Positions 1 to 9,091 of a stretch of 64,000 nt of DNA are shown here, piece after piece. The stretch is from a virus (Duplodnaviria; Caudoviricetes). The notes below the pieces were generated by a model, which saw only the letters and a program-made list of their open reading frames with translations, had not been told where the DNA came from and searched no databases. Position 1 is the stretch's first letter. Each line of letters begins with the position of its first letter. Position numbers and translations under genes: made by a program. The stretch is taken from positions 1 through 64,000 of the IMG/VR virus record IMGVR_UViG_3300028833_000087. One strand, written 5' to 3'.

Positions 1-20
1 CCGCTTTTGTCTTTCGGCTG

Positions 21-530
21 TCATCTCTTTTTACCTCTCGTTACTTTTCTATTTTCAGTTGCTACATATGTGCTACTATATAATGCAATAATTCTAAATT
101 TATTCTCCATAATTCTACTACTAAGAGATACAAATAAAAATTGTGTACCTGCAGGAATTTTTCCTGTAAATTCACATACTAAATATTTTGGTATCTCTAA
201 TAATATAGTATTAGAATTCTTATAACTATCAACATCTAATTTTGCTGATTTAGATTTTACCCTTGGAGCACTGGTATCTTCATATATTATATCATCTTTA
301 TTTATGCTTGGAGTAAGTATTGGAATATAAAATTTACCTATTTCAGATCTATATTCTATTTCTTTTGATCTATAATACTTTACATCAGATTTACTATTCC
401 ATCTATCCCATAGTAATCCATATGAAATAGGAACTGTATCAACTTCAGGTAATATAATATCTTCAGCTAATATAGCTATTTCTACACTTTTTATAGATGT
501 ATTCGAAGAGTTAAAAAAGTCGTTATTCAT
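21..530 (-). CDS. hypothetical protein
   Basis: 169-aa ORF; RBS-like AGGGGG and ACA-N6-TAAT motif upstream. Confidence 0.7.
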   Translation of the reverse strand: MNNDFFNSSNTSIKSVEIAILAEDIILPEVDTVPISYGLLWDRWNSKSDVKYYRSKEIEYRSEIGKFYIPILTPSINKDDIIYEDTSAPRVKSKSAKLDVDSYKNSNTILLEIPKYLVCEFTGKIPAGTQFLFVSLSSRIMENKFRIIALYSSTYVATENRKVTRGKKR

Positions 531-606
531 TTTTTATACCCCCTAAGACATTTCATTAATGTGATGTTTTCGATGATAAATATGTATAGGGGCTAATTTT
601 CATAAT

Positions 607-626
607 AATTATATAATATATTTGTG
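607..626 (+). promoter_or_regulatory. class-1 (putative early) phage promoter
   Basis: AATTATATAATATATTTGTG; one of 10 aligned intergenic copies. Confidence 0.7.
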
Positions 627-664
627 ACACTTATACATATTATATCTTGAAAGGAGATATTAAA

Positions 665-1162
665 ATGAGATTCAATAATTTAGGAGAAATGATGTTTGAT
701 GATGTGTACGAATTGTATTACAATTTGTTCAACGCTATCGGATTGAGTATAAATCATGAAGAAAAACTTTATGATCAAGATTCGTGCAAAGAATTATTAT
801 ATAATAATCATTTTATTAAAGCAGCTACAACACCAAAAGCTGTTTATGCTGGTAGAAATGATATTATATTTGATCCGTATAAAAACTATAATATTATGGT
901 TATGCTGTTTGGATATTGGCTGGATAAAGAGATGGCAGTTAATAATATGAATATTGGCTATTTATCTCAATATATAGAAGATAATAAAGATAATGATGAT
1001 CAAAAACAAAGATTTGTACTTAAAACTGTCAATGGTGAATATGTATCCAAATGGTATTACAATTTGTGGCTTGGTTATGCTGAAATAGTATTAGCTATAA
1101 CAGATAATGTTGCATTGGATTTGTCAAATTTGGATATTATAATGGAAACAGGAGCAATGTAA
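665..1162 (+). CDS. hypothetical protein
   Basis: ATG at 665 follows AAGGAG RBS. Confidence 0.8.
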   Translation: MRFNNLGEMMFDDVYELYYNLFNAIGLSINHEEKLYDQDSCKELLYNNHFIKAATTPKAVYAGRNDIIFDPYKNYNIMVMLFGYWLDKEMAVNNMNIGYLSQYIEDNKDNDDQKQRFVLKTVNGEYVSKWYYNLWLGYAEIVLAITDNVALDLSNLDIIMETGAM

Positions 1163-1163
1163 A

Positions 1164-2369
1164 ATGATTCAAATGAACTATCTACAGCAGAAATATCATG
1201 ATGAAGCAGTAGACTGGTTCCTTAATAGTTCTGAACAATTATTTGAAATATCCGGAGCGGCAGGTACAGGAAAAACATTTTTAATATTCGAGATTCTCAG
1301 GTCTTTAGGTTTAAGACCTGAGAATTATCTCGCTATGTCTTATACTGGTCAGGCTGCTATTGTTATGAGAACTAGAGGATTTATGTCTGCTAGAACAATT
1401 CATAGTTCTTTATATGAAGTAATAGAATATGATGATTATGATAATATAAATAGTAAATTTGGAACACCTGTTAAAAAGAGAATTTTTAAGAAAAGAGATT
1501 TTGTTAGTCCGGAAATTCGTTTATTTTTTATAGATGAAGCCTGGATGGTTCCTGATAATATGGTAAAAGATATAAAATCTTTTGGTATAAAAATTATAAC
1601 TTGTGGAGATATTAATCAATTACCACCTGTTGGAGCTAATCCGGGATTTTTAATAAATCCAGGTATTCATTTATTAACTGAAATAATGAGACAAGCTCAA
1701 AATAATCCTATTGTATATATAGCAAATAGAATATTACAGAATAAGCCTATACATTGTGGAGTCTATGGACAATCTGTATTAGTTATTGAAGAAGATGAAT
1801 TTGATGAACGTATGATAGGATTAGTTGATGTTGTTGGAGTTTGCACCAACAATTCAAGAAAAAGAATTAACTCTAGAGTACGACAGATATGTGGCTATGA
1901 ATCTCCGTTACCTTATAACGGAGAAAGAATTGTATGTAATGTAAATGAATGGCATATAAATTATGATGGTATATCTTTGGCTAACGGTTTATCCGGAATA
2001 ATGTATGGTAATCCCAAAATCAATTCAAAAGAGAAAGATACATTTTTTATGGACTTTATTCCTGACTATAGTAATTATGTATTTCCTAATATACGTACTA
2101 ATATTGAATATTTTGTAGCTTCACAAGATAGACAAAATGAAATGAAGGCTTTAGTAAAAAGCAAAGACAAAATTATAAAAGGTATATTGTTTGACTATGC
2201 TTATGCTAGTACTATATGGAAACTTCAAGGATCTGAATACAACAATGTATTATATAAAGAAGAGTATTTAAATCCTCAAGTAAAGAGAGCTTGTGACTAT
2301 ACAGCTGTAACCAGAGCAAAACAAAAATTAATAATAGTCAAACAAAAAGTTAAACTACATTCCTATTAA
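1164..2369 (+). CDS. SF1B (RecD/Dda-like) DNA helicase
   Basis: GAAGTGKT, DEAWM, GDINQLPPV, LTEIMRQ, QGSEY, YTAVTRAK motifs. Confidence 0.9.
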   Translation: MIQMNYLQQKYHDEAVDWFLNSSEQLFEISGAAGTGKTFLIFEILRSLGLRPENYLAMSYTGQAAIVMRTRGFMSARTIHSSLYEVIEYDDYDNINSKFGTPVKKRIFKKRDFVSPEIRLFFIDEAWMVPDNMVKDIKSFGIKIITCGDINQLPPVGANPGFLINPGIHLLTEIMRQAQNNPIVYIANRILQNKPIHCGVYGQSVLVIEEDEFDERMIGLVDVVGVCTNNSRKRINSRVRQICGYESPLPYNGERIVCNVNEWHINYDGISLANGLSGIMYGNPKINSKEKDTFFMDFIPDYSNYVFPNIRTNIEYFVASQDRQNEMKALVKSKDKIIKGILFDYAYASTIWKLQGSEYNNVLYKEEYLNPQVKRACDYTAVTRAKQKLIIVKQKVKLHSY

Positions 2370-2379
2370 AAAATATTCC

Positions 2380-2399
2380 AGTTATATACTATAAGTATG
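2380..2399 (+). promoter_or_regulatory. class-1 (putative early) phage promoter
   Basis: AGTTATATACTATAAGTATG. Confidence 0.65.
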
Positions 2400-2427
2400 T
2401 ATTAAAATATGAAAGGGGTATTTTTAA

Positions 2428-2613
2428 ATGAAAATTTTCAAGAGTGGGGATTTAGTAATTGTGCAAGGAAAGAAGTATCCTGGTGTTGTAATTAATACAA
2501 ATGGATCTAAAGTATCTGTAAGAACGCATGATAATAGATCTATAGTAAACATTGATTCTGAAAAGGTAGATTTACTCAAAATGGTAAAGAAATTTGAGGA
2601 AGTCTTTACCTAA
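2428..2613 (+). CDS. small KOW/SH3-like protein
   Basis: FKSGDLVIV..G..GVVI...KVSV pattern; RBS AAGGGG. Confidence 0.55.
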   Translation: MKIFKSGDLVIVQGKKYPGVVINTNGSKVSVRTHDNRSIVNIDSEKVDLLKMVKKFEEVFT

Positions 2614-2631
2614 TCAGAGAAAGGTAAAGAT

Positions 2632-3234
2632 ATGGAAAGATCAAGATTCGATTCAGATAATCCAAATTTAGAGAAACCAGTAATATTTTATAATGATGGT
2701 GGTCAGGCTCCGTTAACTAAACCTATCTATAAATTAGATCAGGAAGTTAACGGGCCTGACCAATTCGCTATCACTGCATTAACTGAAAATGGTAAATTTC
2801 TTGTCGGTGGGATGTTAGTTTACACATACAAAGGTGTGCAAATATACACTGACAAGAACAATATAATATTTGTTAATAGAACAAGTGATAGAATATTTAT
2901 ACGAGATGATTCGAAAATAGAAAAGAATTTAAATGTAGTAGATCCTGAACAGAAACAATATATTATTTTATATACAGATGCAGGAGATGAAGAATCTGAT
3001 GCTGAATTTGTATATAGATGGGAAGCTTGTATAGGTAGAACTACGGCTTATGATTATATCAGAACCAATGCACCTATCATAGATATAGATAAATCAATAG
3101 TATTAGTAGAAGATGTAGCATTTAATGATGCATTAACTGTAAGACAGTTTGTGAATTTCTTGAAAAATTCTAATATGGTTGATGAATATGATGGATTTAA
3201 TATAGAAGATTATTACGGATCAGATGAAATTTAA
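2632..3234 (+). CDS. hypothetical protein
   Basis: 200-aa ORF with RBS; two N-terminal LxKP[VI] motifs. Confidence 0.8.
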   Translation: MERSRFDSDNPNLEKPVIFYNDGGQAPLTKPIYKLDQEVNGPDQFAITALTENGKFLVGGMLVYTYKGVQIYTDKNNIIFVNRTSDRIFIRDDSKIEKNLNVVDPEQKQYIILYTDAGDEESDAEFVYRWEACIGRTTAYDYIRTNAPIIDIDKSIVLVEDVAFNDALTVRQFVNFLKNSNMVDEYDGFNIEDYYGSDEI

Positions 3235-3245
3235 AGGAGATAGTT

Positions 3246-3701
3246 ATGGCAAAACAATGTTATTTTGATAATATGAAGCAAATGTATGGGGATAACTGGT
3301 TTGTTGGATTATCTCCTGATAATATTCAGAAGAACTCTAATAGAATCTTTAAAGAAATGGTAAAAGGATACATTGATTATGAGAAGTATGGTAATTATTT
3401 TCTTGATGGAAAATTAACTGACAATCTTATAATCAGTGCTAATAATGAGTTAGAAATAAATACGTTGCTTTTAAGCTCTCTCTCATATTATTACAACGTA
3501 TCTGCTAATATGGACCCTAATGTAAGAAATATTGTGCAGTCATATGGTCCTACGGTAGGAGCAGAATTAACTCATCTTGAAGCTCTGTGTAGAATTTATA
3601 GTGTTTTGATTAGTACTTTAAAAAGTATTAAAGAAACCTATAGTATTGGTTATTTGGCAAATGTAGCAACTTTGCTTTATAATATAAGAAACCATATATA
3701 A
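3246..3701 (+). CDS. hypothetical protein
   Basis: 151-aa ORF, AAGGAG RBS. Confidence 0.8.
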   Translation: MAKQCYFDNMKQMYGDNWFVGLSPDNIQKNSNRIFKEMVKGYIDYEKYGNYFLDGKLTDNLIISANNELEINTLLLSSLSYYYNVSANMDPNVRNIVQSYGPTVGAELTHLEALCRIYSVLISTLKSIKETYSIGYLANVATLLYNIRNHI

Positions 3702-3714
3702 AAGGAGGTTCAAG

Positions 3715-4233
3715 ATGAACACAAATCAAGTTTCAAAAATCATGAGCGCTATAGAAGCAGCTGAAATTAAAGAATATAAAGTTACCAGTACAACTGGATA
3801 TCATCTTCAGAACAACCCTAGTTCAGGTGTTGTTATTGAAGATGATGCTAATGAAATGCTGCATAATATTAGAGCTAAATCTAAAGTGTATGGTGCAGAA
3901 CCTTTTGCAGGAAATGCAGTTGTTGAATCTTTGGATTATGCTGATATTTCTGAATTCACTATTGGTGGAGGATTTAAAGCTATCAAAGACTTCTTTAGTA
4001 ATATGGGAGTAACCCTTACTAAAGAACAGCAAGAAATATTATTAAAAATTGATAGATCTAACTATCAGATAATTCCGGAAACCGGAAATTACCATCCTTT
4101 TAAACCTGTTAGTCAGGAAGAATATGATGCAATGACAGAAGAAGAAAAGGCTGCATATGATGCAGCTAAGAAAGACGACGAAGCTCGTAAGACAGGTATT
4201 AATCAGGGTAGAGCTATCAGAATAACTTGTTAA
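3715..4233 (+). CDS. hypothetical protein
   Basis: 172-aa ORF, AAGGAGG RBS. Confidence 0.8.
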   Translation: MNTNQVSKIMSAIEAAEIKEYKVTSTTGYHLQNNPSSGVVIEDDANEMLHNIRAKSKVYGAEPFAGNAVVESLDYADISEFTIGGGFKAIKDFFSNMGVTLTKEQQEILLKIDRSNYQIIPETGNYHPFKPVSQEEYDAMTEEEKAAYDAAKKDDEARKTGINQGRAIRITC

Positions 4234-4266
4234 TTAGTTATAATTATTAGAGGTAAAACTCTAATT

Positions 4267-4286
4267 AATTATATATAATATTAATG
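4267..4286 (+). promoter_or_regulatory. class-1 (putative early) phage promoter
   Basis: AATTATATATAATATTAATG. Confidence 0.6.
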
Positions 4287-4336
4287 ATATCGTTGACGGT
4301 TTGGGTTGACATATCACGATTGAAAGGAGAAACACA

Positions 4337-5236
4337 ATGTACGACATGAATAATCAGCAGTATCCTCACATGCAGCCGACAGGAGGTTATTATTATCAGG
4401 GGTATCAGGGTCAGCCGGCTCCGGTACAGAAGATCAATAATATCCTTAGTGCTGAACAGATCGATAAGCTTACTTCTCAGGGTGAGTTTGATCTGGGTAT
4501 TTCCGAAGAAGACTTAAACAGAGCTCTTTGTAATCATCGTAGCAAAGATGGTGAAAGAGACACGTTGACGTTTGATCCGGTTACCGGTGTAGCTCGTTGT
4601 ACTATCTGCGGCTATACATTCAGACCTATCGACAGCAATGAAACAGCTGACGAGATCAAATCATCTGTGGCTAAGATCATCGATATTTTGCAGACAATTA
4701 AGATTCTGTATGTTGATCTGCCGCCTCAGGCTCACCGTGATTTCTTCCCGATTCTGGCTATGCTGGAAAAGATTCCGCAGTTGTTTGAGTACGCCTCCAA
4801 GAACTTCTCGAAACATGAGACTTTCAATTGGCAGTATCGTGGTTACAACATGAATGGTGTACAGATGCTTGCTAATCTGAATAACATCTTCAATGGTGGT
4901 GGAATGTATCAGCAGCCGCAGATGATGGGTGGACCGGCTCCTTATCAGTATCAGCAGCCTGGATTCGCTCCTCAGCAGCCGCAGGGAAATCCGTTTGGAT
5001 ATCCGGGAGCACAGCCGCAGCAGCCGATGATGGGTAATCCTTGGATGCAGCAGAATATCTCTGCTCCGACAATGAATGGCAGCGCTTGGACTCCGATGTC
5101 TTCTCAGGCACCTGGATACCAGCCGCAGGCATATCAGGGATTTAATCCGAATCCTGCACAGGCTACCACTCCGGCTCCTACAACGGTTGATACCAAGTCT
5201 GAAACTGCAGAAGTCAAGAAAGACATCATGGTATAA
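4337..5236 (+). CDS. Q/P/G-rich low-complexity protein with putative Zn-binding core
   Basis: CNH...CTIC motif; Q/P/G/Y/M-rich N- and C-termini; AAGGAG RBS. Confidence 0.8.
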   Translation: MYDMNNQQYPHMQPTGGYYYQGYQGQPAPVQKINNILSAEQIDKLTSQGEFDLGISEEDLNRALCNHRSKDGERDTLTFDPVTGVARCTICGYTFRPIDSNETADEIKSSVAKIIDILQTIKILYVDLPPQAHRDFFPILAMLEKIPQLFEYASKNFSKHETFNWQYRGYNMNGVQMLANLNNIFNGGGMYQQPQMMGGPAPYQYQQPGFAPQQPQGNPFGYPGAQPQQPMMGNPWMQQNISAPTMNGSAWTPMSSQAPGYQPQAYQGFNPNPAQATTPAPTTVDTKSETAEVKKDIMV

Positions 5237-5328
5237 GATAAAGTTGATAAAGGGTAAAGTGCTAGCACACCTATGCAACTATAAAATTCTTTCAATTTCG
5301 TGATAAACTCAAATAGATATCAAAGATC

Positions 5329-5363
5329 TGACTCTAGGCTTATAATAGCCTAGAGTCATTTTT
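5329..5363 (+). terminator. intrinsic terminator
   Basis: 12-bp stem TGACTCTAGGCT/AGCCTAGAGTCA followed by T-run. Confidence 0.8.
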
Positions 5364-5423
5364 ATGTATTTATTTTTATCAGCATTATTACTGATTTTTT
5401 ATTTTGAAATTACAAAATTCAGT

Positions 5424-5436
5424 ACTAGATTATAAT
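5424..5436 (+). promoter_or_regulatory. class-2 promoter motif AC[AT]-N6-TAA upstream of gyrB
   Basis: ACT-AGATTA-TAAT just upstream of the RBS. Confidence 0.5.
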
Positions 5437-5461
5437 CCAAAATTTTTAAAGGAGTGATAAG

Positions 5462-6835
5462 ATGGTACAACAACTTACTGAAGAACAAAAAGCAGCTATT
5501 GATAATTATGCGGATGAGATTGCATCATTATCTGGGTTTGTTGAAATCTGTAGATTAAGACCAGGATATCAGTTAGGATCTCTTGGTAATAAAGCTTTAT
5601 TATCAGAAGCAAGAGAAATATTTCAAAATTCTATCGACCAGATAGTAGACAAATCTAGTCCTGCTAACTGGTTTAGATTATCTTATGATGAAAGAACTTT
5701 AGAGGTAACTTGTGAAGATAATGGTAAAGGTATTCCTCTTAATGATCTTATGAGAGTATTTACCAAAGAATATACTTCAAGAAACTATACAAGAAGAAAG
5801 GGTGAATATCCTAGCGGTCTTCATGGTGTAGGTGCTAAAGTTGTAAATGCTCTAAGTTCCGAGTTCTTGGTTCAGAGCTTTAAGTATACTGGAGAAGCAG
5901 CTGAGATTAGATTTAAAGAAGGAATTCCTGTATATAAAGAAGCCAAATCAATTCCAAATAAATCCAAAAAGAATGGTACTTTAGTATCATTTATTCCTGA
6001 TACAAGTATTCTTGGTGATATTGATTTACCTTGGAAAGAATTATTTCATTTTGTAAAGAAAATTATGTCATTGACTCCCATTGGAACTCATATGACATTT
6101 GAAGCTATAGATAAAAATGGTATTAAATATCATGAAGATGTAGTAAATAAAGATGGTATTCTTTATAATATGATTTCCAAAATGAGTAATCCGTTAGTAA
6201 AACCTATTATGTTTGGTGCTGATGATGGTACTCATAAAGTAGAAGTAGTAATTGATTATGACTTAGGTACAAATGGACCTAGCGATATGGAAAATATTAC
6301 ATCATTTTGTAATTTCTGTATTACAAGAACTGAAGGTAGTACTCATGTAAAAGGTACACTTGATGGTATAACTGCATGGTTTACTAAGTACATGAATAAT
6401 ATCTATCTTATTAATCAGAAAGCAAAAGAGAAATTGAAGATTACCAATAATGATATTAAATGTGGACTGAATATCATTATTAATGGTGCTCATATAGAAC
6501 CTGTATTTGAAAATCAGGGTAAAGATGTAATTGCAAATCCTGATATGGTAGACTTCTGTAAAGATACAGTAATTAAGGGATTGGATGATTGGGCAAAGAA
6601 TAATCCTAATGATCTTCAGAAAGTAGCTAAATTCCTTAAGGATGTAGCTGAGAATAGACAGAAGCAAGAAGCTGGTAAAGCCAAGATTGTACAAAAATAT
6701 CAACAGAATATATTAACAGGTTTACCTCAGAAATATGTAAGACCTTTAGGAAAGACTAATATTACAGTGATAATAGTAGAAGGTGATTCTGCTAAAGGAA
6801 ATGTTGTTGAAGGACGAGATCCGAAGACAATGGGT
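5462..6835 (+). CDS. gyrB: type IIA topoisomerase B subunit, exon 1
   Basis: EIFQNSID, DNGKGIP, GLHGVGAKVVNALS, VEGDSA; joined exons give 792 aa. Confidence 0.92.
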
Positions 6836-7285
6836 AGATATGTGCCCCATATTGCAGTAATGCAGTGTGCGTAAACTTTCTAATTGCTGGGAAAGGCTAA
6901 AGCTCTAAACACCTTATCGAATAGAAAAAGGTTGAGGAAACTCAGAAAAAAGATTTAGAGATGGTATATGGTGAAATAAAAGCTTAATATTTTATAAAAT
7001 ATTAGGTCCTAAGTACAGTAAGAAATGTCTAATCAGCAGCTAAGACTTTGTATTTGTTATATTTAAGGAGATATATAATAAATATAAAGTAAAGTTCAAC
7101 GACTATCCCCTATAAGGGACGTGGAAATCGTCAAAAGGAGTAGGGCCTAAGCAGGTGGGTGAAAATCCCTTAAATCAAAATGAAAGTATGCCAGAAATGG
7201 TATTGATATAGTCTCAACTTCTAGCTAACTGCTAGAGAAGTTCATAAGAGAACTGCATAGAGTAGCGACCTATGTGAAGATTTTG
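6836..7285 (+). mobile_element. group I intron 1 of gyrB (no ORF, 450 nt)
   Basis: exon ends in U, intron ends in G; core elements AATTGCTGGGAA, AATCAGCAG, GTTCAACGACTA, GATATAGTC; removal restores KTMG|VYPIRGK. Confidence 0.9.
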
Positions 7286-7471
7286 GTATATCCAATACGT
7301 GGAAAATTAGCTAATGCTTTTAGAAAATCAAAGCATGAGTTCTTTTCAAATGAAGAAGTACAAGGTATTGTACGAATAGTATTTGGTAAAGAATGGAAAC
7401 CTGGAGAGAAATTTACTCTAGACGATTGTAAAGTCTCTAGAGTAGTATTTATGGCTGATGCTGATGTGGAT
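7286..7471 (+). CDS. gyrB: type IIA topoisomerase B subunit, exon 2
   Basis: PIRGKLAN...MADADVD TOPRIM motifs. Confidence 0.9.
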
Positions 7472-7807
7472 AGACTAATACTGTCCTAAAATACTTTTCG
7501 CAAAACCATGCGGGTTATTCAAATGAATAGCTAACGGTAAGAGTGGAATAAGACTACTGATCAAAGCCTAAAGCAGATATCAGTATATATAAAAGACGAA
7601 GTAGCTCTCTAAGAAAGCCTAAGGTCCTGAAATGGATAGCTGGTAATACCGTGGGAATCAATATAATTGAAGCCTGTATCGACTATCTCCGTGAAGGAGA
7701 GTACATCCTCTATTGGTACGAGGGTGGAAAGAGTATTCTCTATTTTAGAGTAAAATATAGTCAGAACTCAAAGGATTATATCCTGATATGAAAATATCAC
7801 GAGTTTG
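7472..7807 (+). mobile_element. group I intron 2 of gyrB (no ORF, 336 nt)
   Basis: P1 GGAU/GUCC with U.G at splice site; P7 CGACTA / TAGTC; terminal G; removal restores DADVD|GGHI. Confidence 0.88.
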
Positions 7808-8626
7808 GGTGGTCATATCTGTAAATTGCTTTTGAGTATTTTTGTAGTATATTTCCCATTTATGATAGAAGCAGGAATGATATACAAAGCTATTCCTCCT
7901 CTGTATTCTGTAAAGATACAAAAGAAAGAAAGATATTTTACAGAACAAATAGATATCGTAAAATATATTCAGAAGATATTTATGGAAGAGCATAAGATTA
8001 CATTCATAGATGGTAAGCCGTTAGAGTCCAAAGATATAACAATATTATTCATGCGAAATGCTGATTATATTTATTATATCGAAAGAATGGCCAATACATT
8101 TGCATTGAATCCTTATTTATTAGAGATGATTTTATTTAATTATATTTCTAATGGTGATAAGGTTGATGTAAATAAATTGCAGAAAACAATCAAATCTGCT
8201 TTTAGATTTATGGATGTGCATAAAATTAATGGTACTATTGTTGTAGAAGGTACTATTGATAAATCTAATGCTGTTCCAATCTCCGATATGTTTATCAACA
8301 CATGTGCTGATCTTATAAAAATTATGAAATCTAATGATCAGTTTTACTATATCGTAGACGGAAAGAAAATGTCATTGTATGAAGTATGTCTTTTGTATAA
8401 ATCATCTACACCTAATGGTATAGATAGATATAAAGGCTTAGGTGAAATGAGTACAGAAAAACTTCAAGAATCTGTATTAAGACCCGATATAGGAAATACA
8501 ACCCTTATAAGATATACATTAGAAGATATTAAGGAAACTCAAGAAATCATTAGATCTTATGAATCTGATCCGAAAAAGATTTTAGGATTAATAGGAACTG
8601 TAACCAGAGATGATCTTATTGATTAA
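7808..8626 (+). CDS. gyrB: type IIA topoisomerase B subunit, exon 3
   Basis: GGHICKLLL, PPLY, RYKGLGEM. Confidence 0.92.
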   Translation, partial: GGHICKLLLSIFVVYFPFMIEAGMIYKAIPPLYSVKIQKKERYFTEQIDIVKYIQKIFMEEHKITFIDGKPLESKDITILFMRNADYIYYIERMANTFALNPYLLEMILFNYISNGDKVDVNKLQKTIKSAFRFMDVHKINGTIVVEGTIDKSNAVPISDMFINTCADLIKIMKSNDQFYYIVDGKKMSLYEVCLLYKSSTPNGIDRYKGLGEMSTEKLQESVLRPDIGNTTLIRYTLEDIKETQEIIRSYESDPKKILGLIGTVTRDDLID

Positions 8627-8651
8627 ATTAGGGGCTTTATGCCCCTAATTT
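8625..8651 (+). terminator. hairpin after gyrB
   Basis: 11-bp perfect stem. Confidence 0.6.
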
Positions 8652-8666
8652 GTGTGAGGTGAATAT

Positions 8667-9080
8667 ATGAGAAAATATTGTGCTATAGAAGAAGTTTTAA
8701 ATGTATATGAACCAAGATCTTGGTATTCTATTCCTGGCTATAGGGGCTATGAAGTTTCCAACGATCATTATGTAAGATCAATGAAACATTTTAAGAAATA
8801 TCCGTTTGGTATAATGATTACTCCAAAGAATAAAGGATCTGAAAATCCTATATTTACTTTATCAAATGATAATGATCAAAGGATTAATATTAGTTTATCT
8901 GAAATATTAGATTTAGTAAATAATAATCCTGTAGAAATAGGTTATCCTAGATCTACAATAATAACAAATAGATCATCAAGAAATCTTAGTATTGTTAAAA
9001 AGAAACCATCATTCTCACCTGATAATAAGTATTATTTGCATTTTGGACCAGACGGTATAACTTATACTAATAATCAATAG
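8667..9080 (+). CDS. NUMOD4-motif protein (homing-endonuclease remnant?)
   Basis: WYSIPGYRGYEVSNDHYVRS resembles NUMOD4; no HNH catalytic motif. Confidence 0.6.
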   Translation: MRKYCAIEEVLNVYEPRSWYSIPGYRGYEVSNDHYVRSMKHFKKYPFGIMITPKNKGSENPIFTLSNDNDQRINISLSEILDLVNNNPVEIGYPRSTIITNRSSRNLSIVKKKPSFSPDNKYYLHFGPDGITYTNNQ

Positions 9081-9091
9081 GAGAAGAGATA

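Noticed and set aside
4661-5278. 205-aa minus-strand ORF and other long antisense/overlapping ORFs (e.g. 6302-6703, 10960-11388, 27575-28060)
   Set aside because: Shadows of real genes; no RBS, and composition is explained by the sense-strand codons
5237-5328. Long 3' UTR with possible stems
   Set aside because: Pairings short and unconvincing
6194-6217. LVKPIMFG in GyrB as a copy of the shared peptide motif
   Set aside because: Lies within the folded transducer domain, where bacterial GyrB has a similar P-I-x-F strand
6836-6874. Apparent GyrB C-terminus RYVPHIAVMQCA and separate ORF starts at 7274 and 7805
   Set aside because: Intron read-through artefacts; exons join in frame
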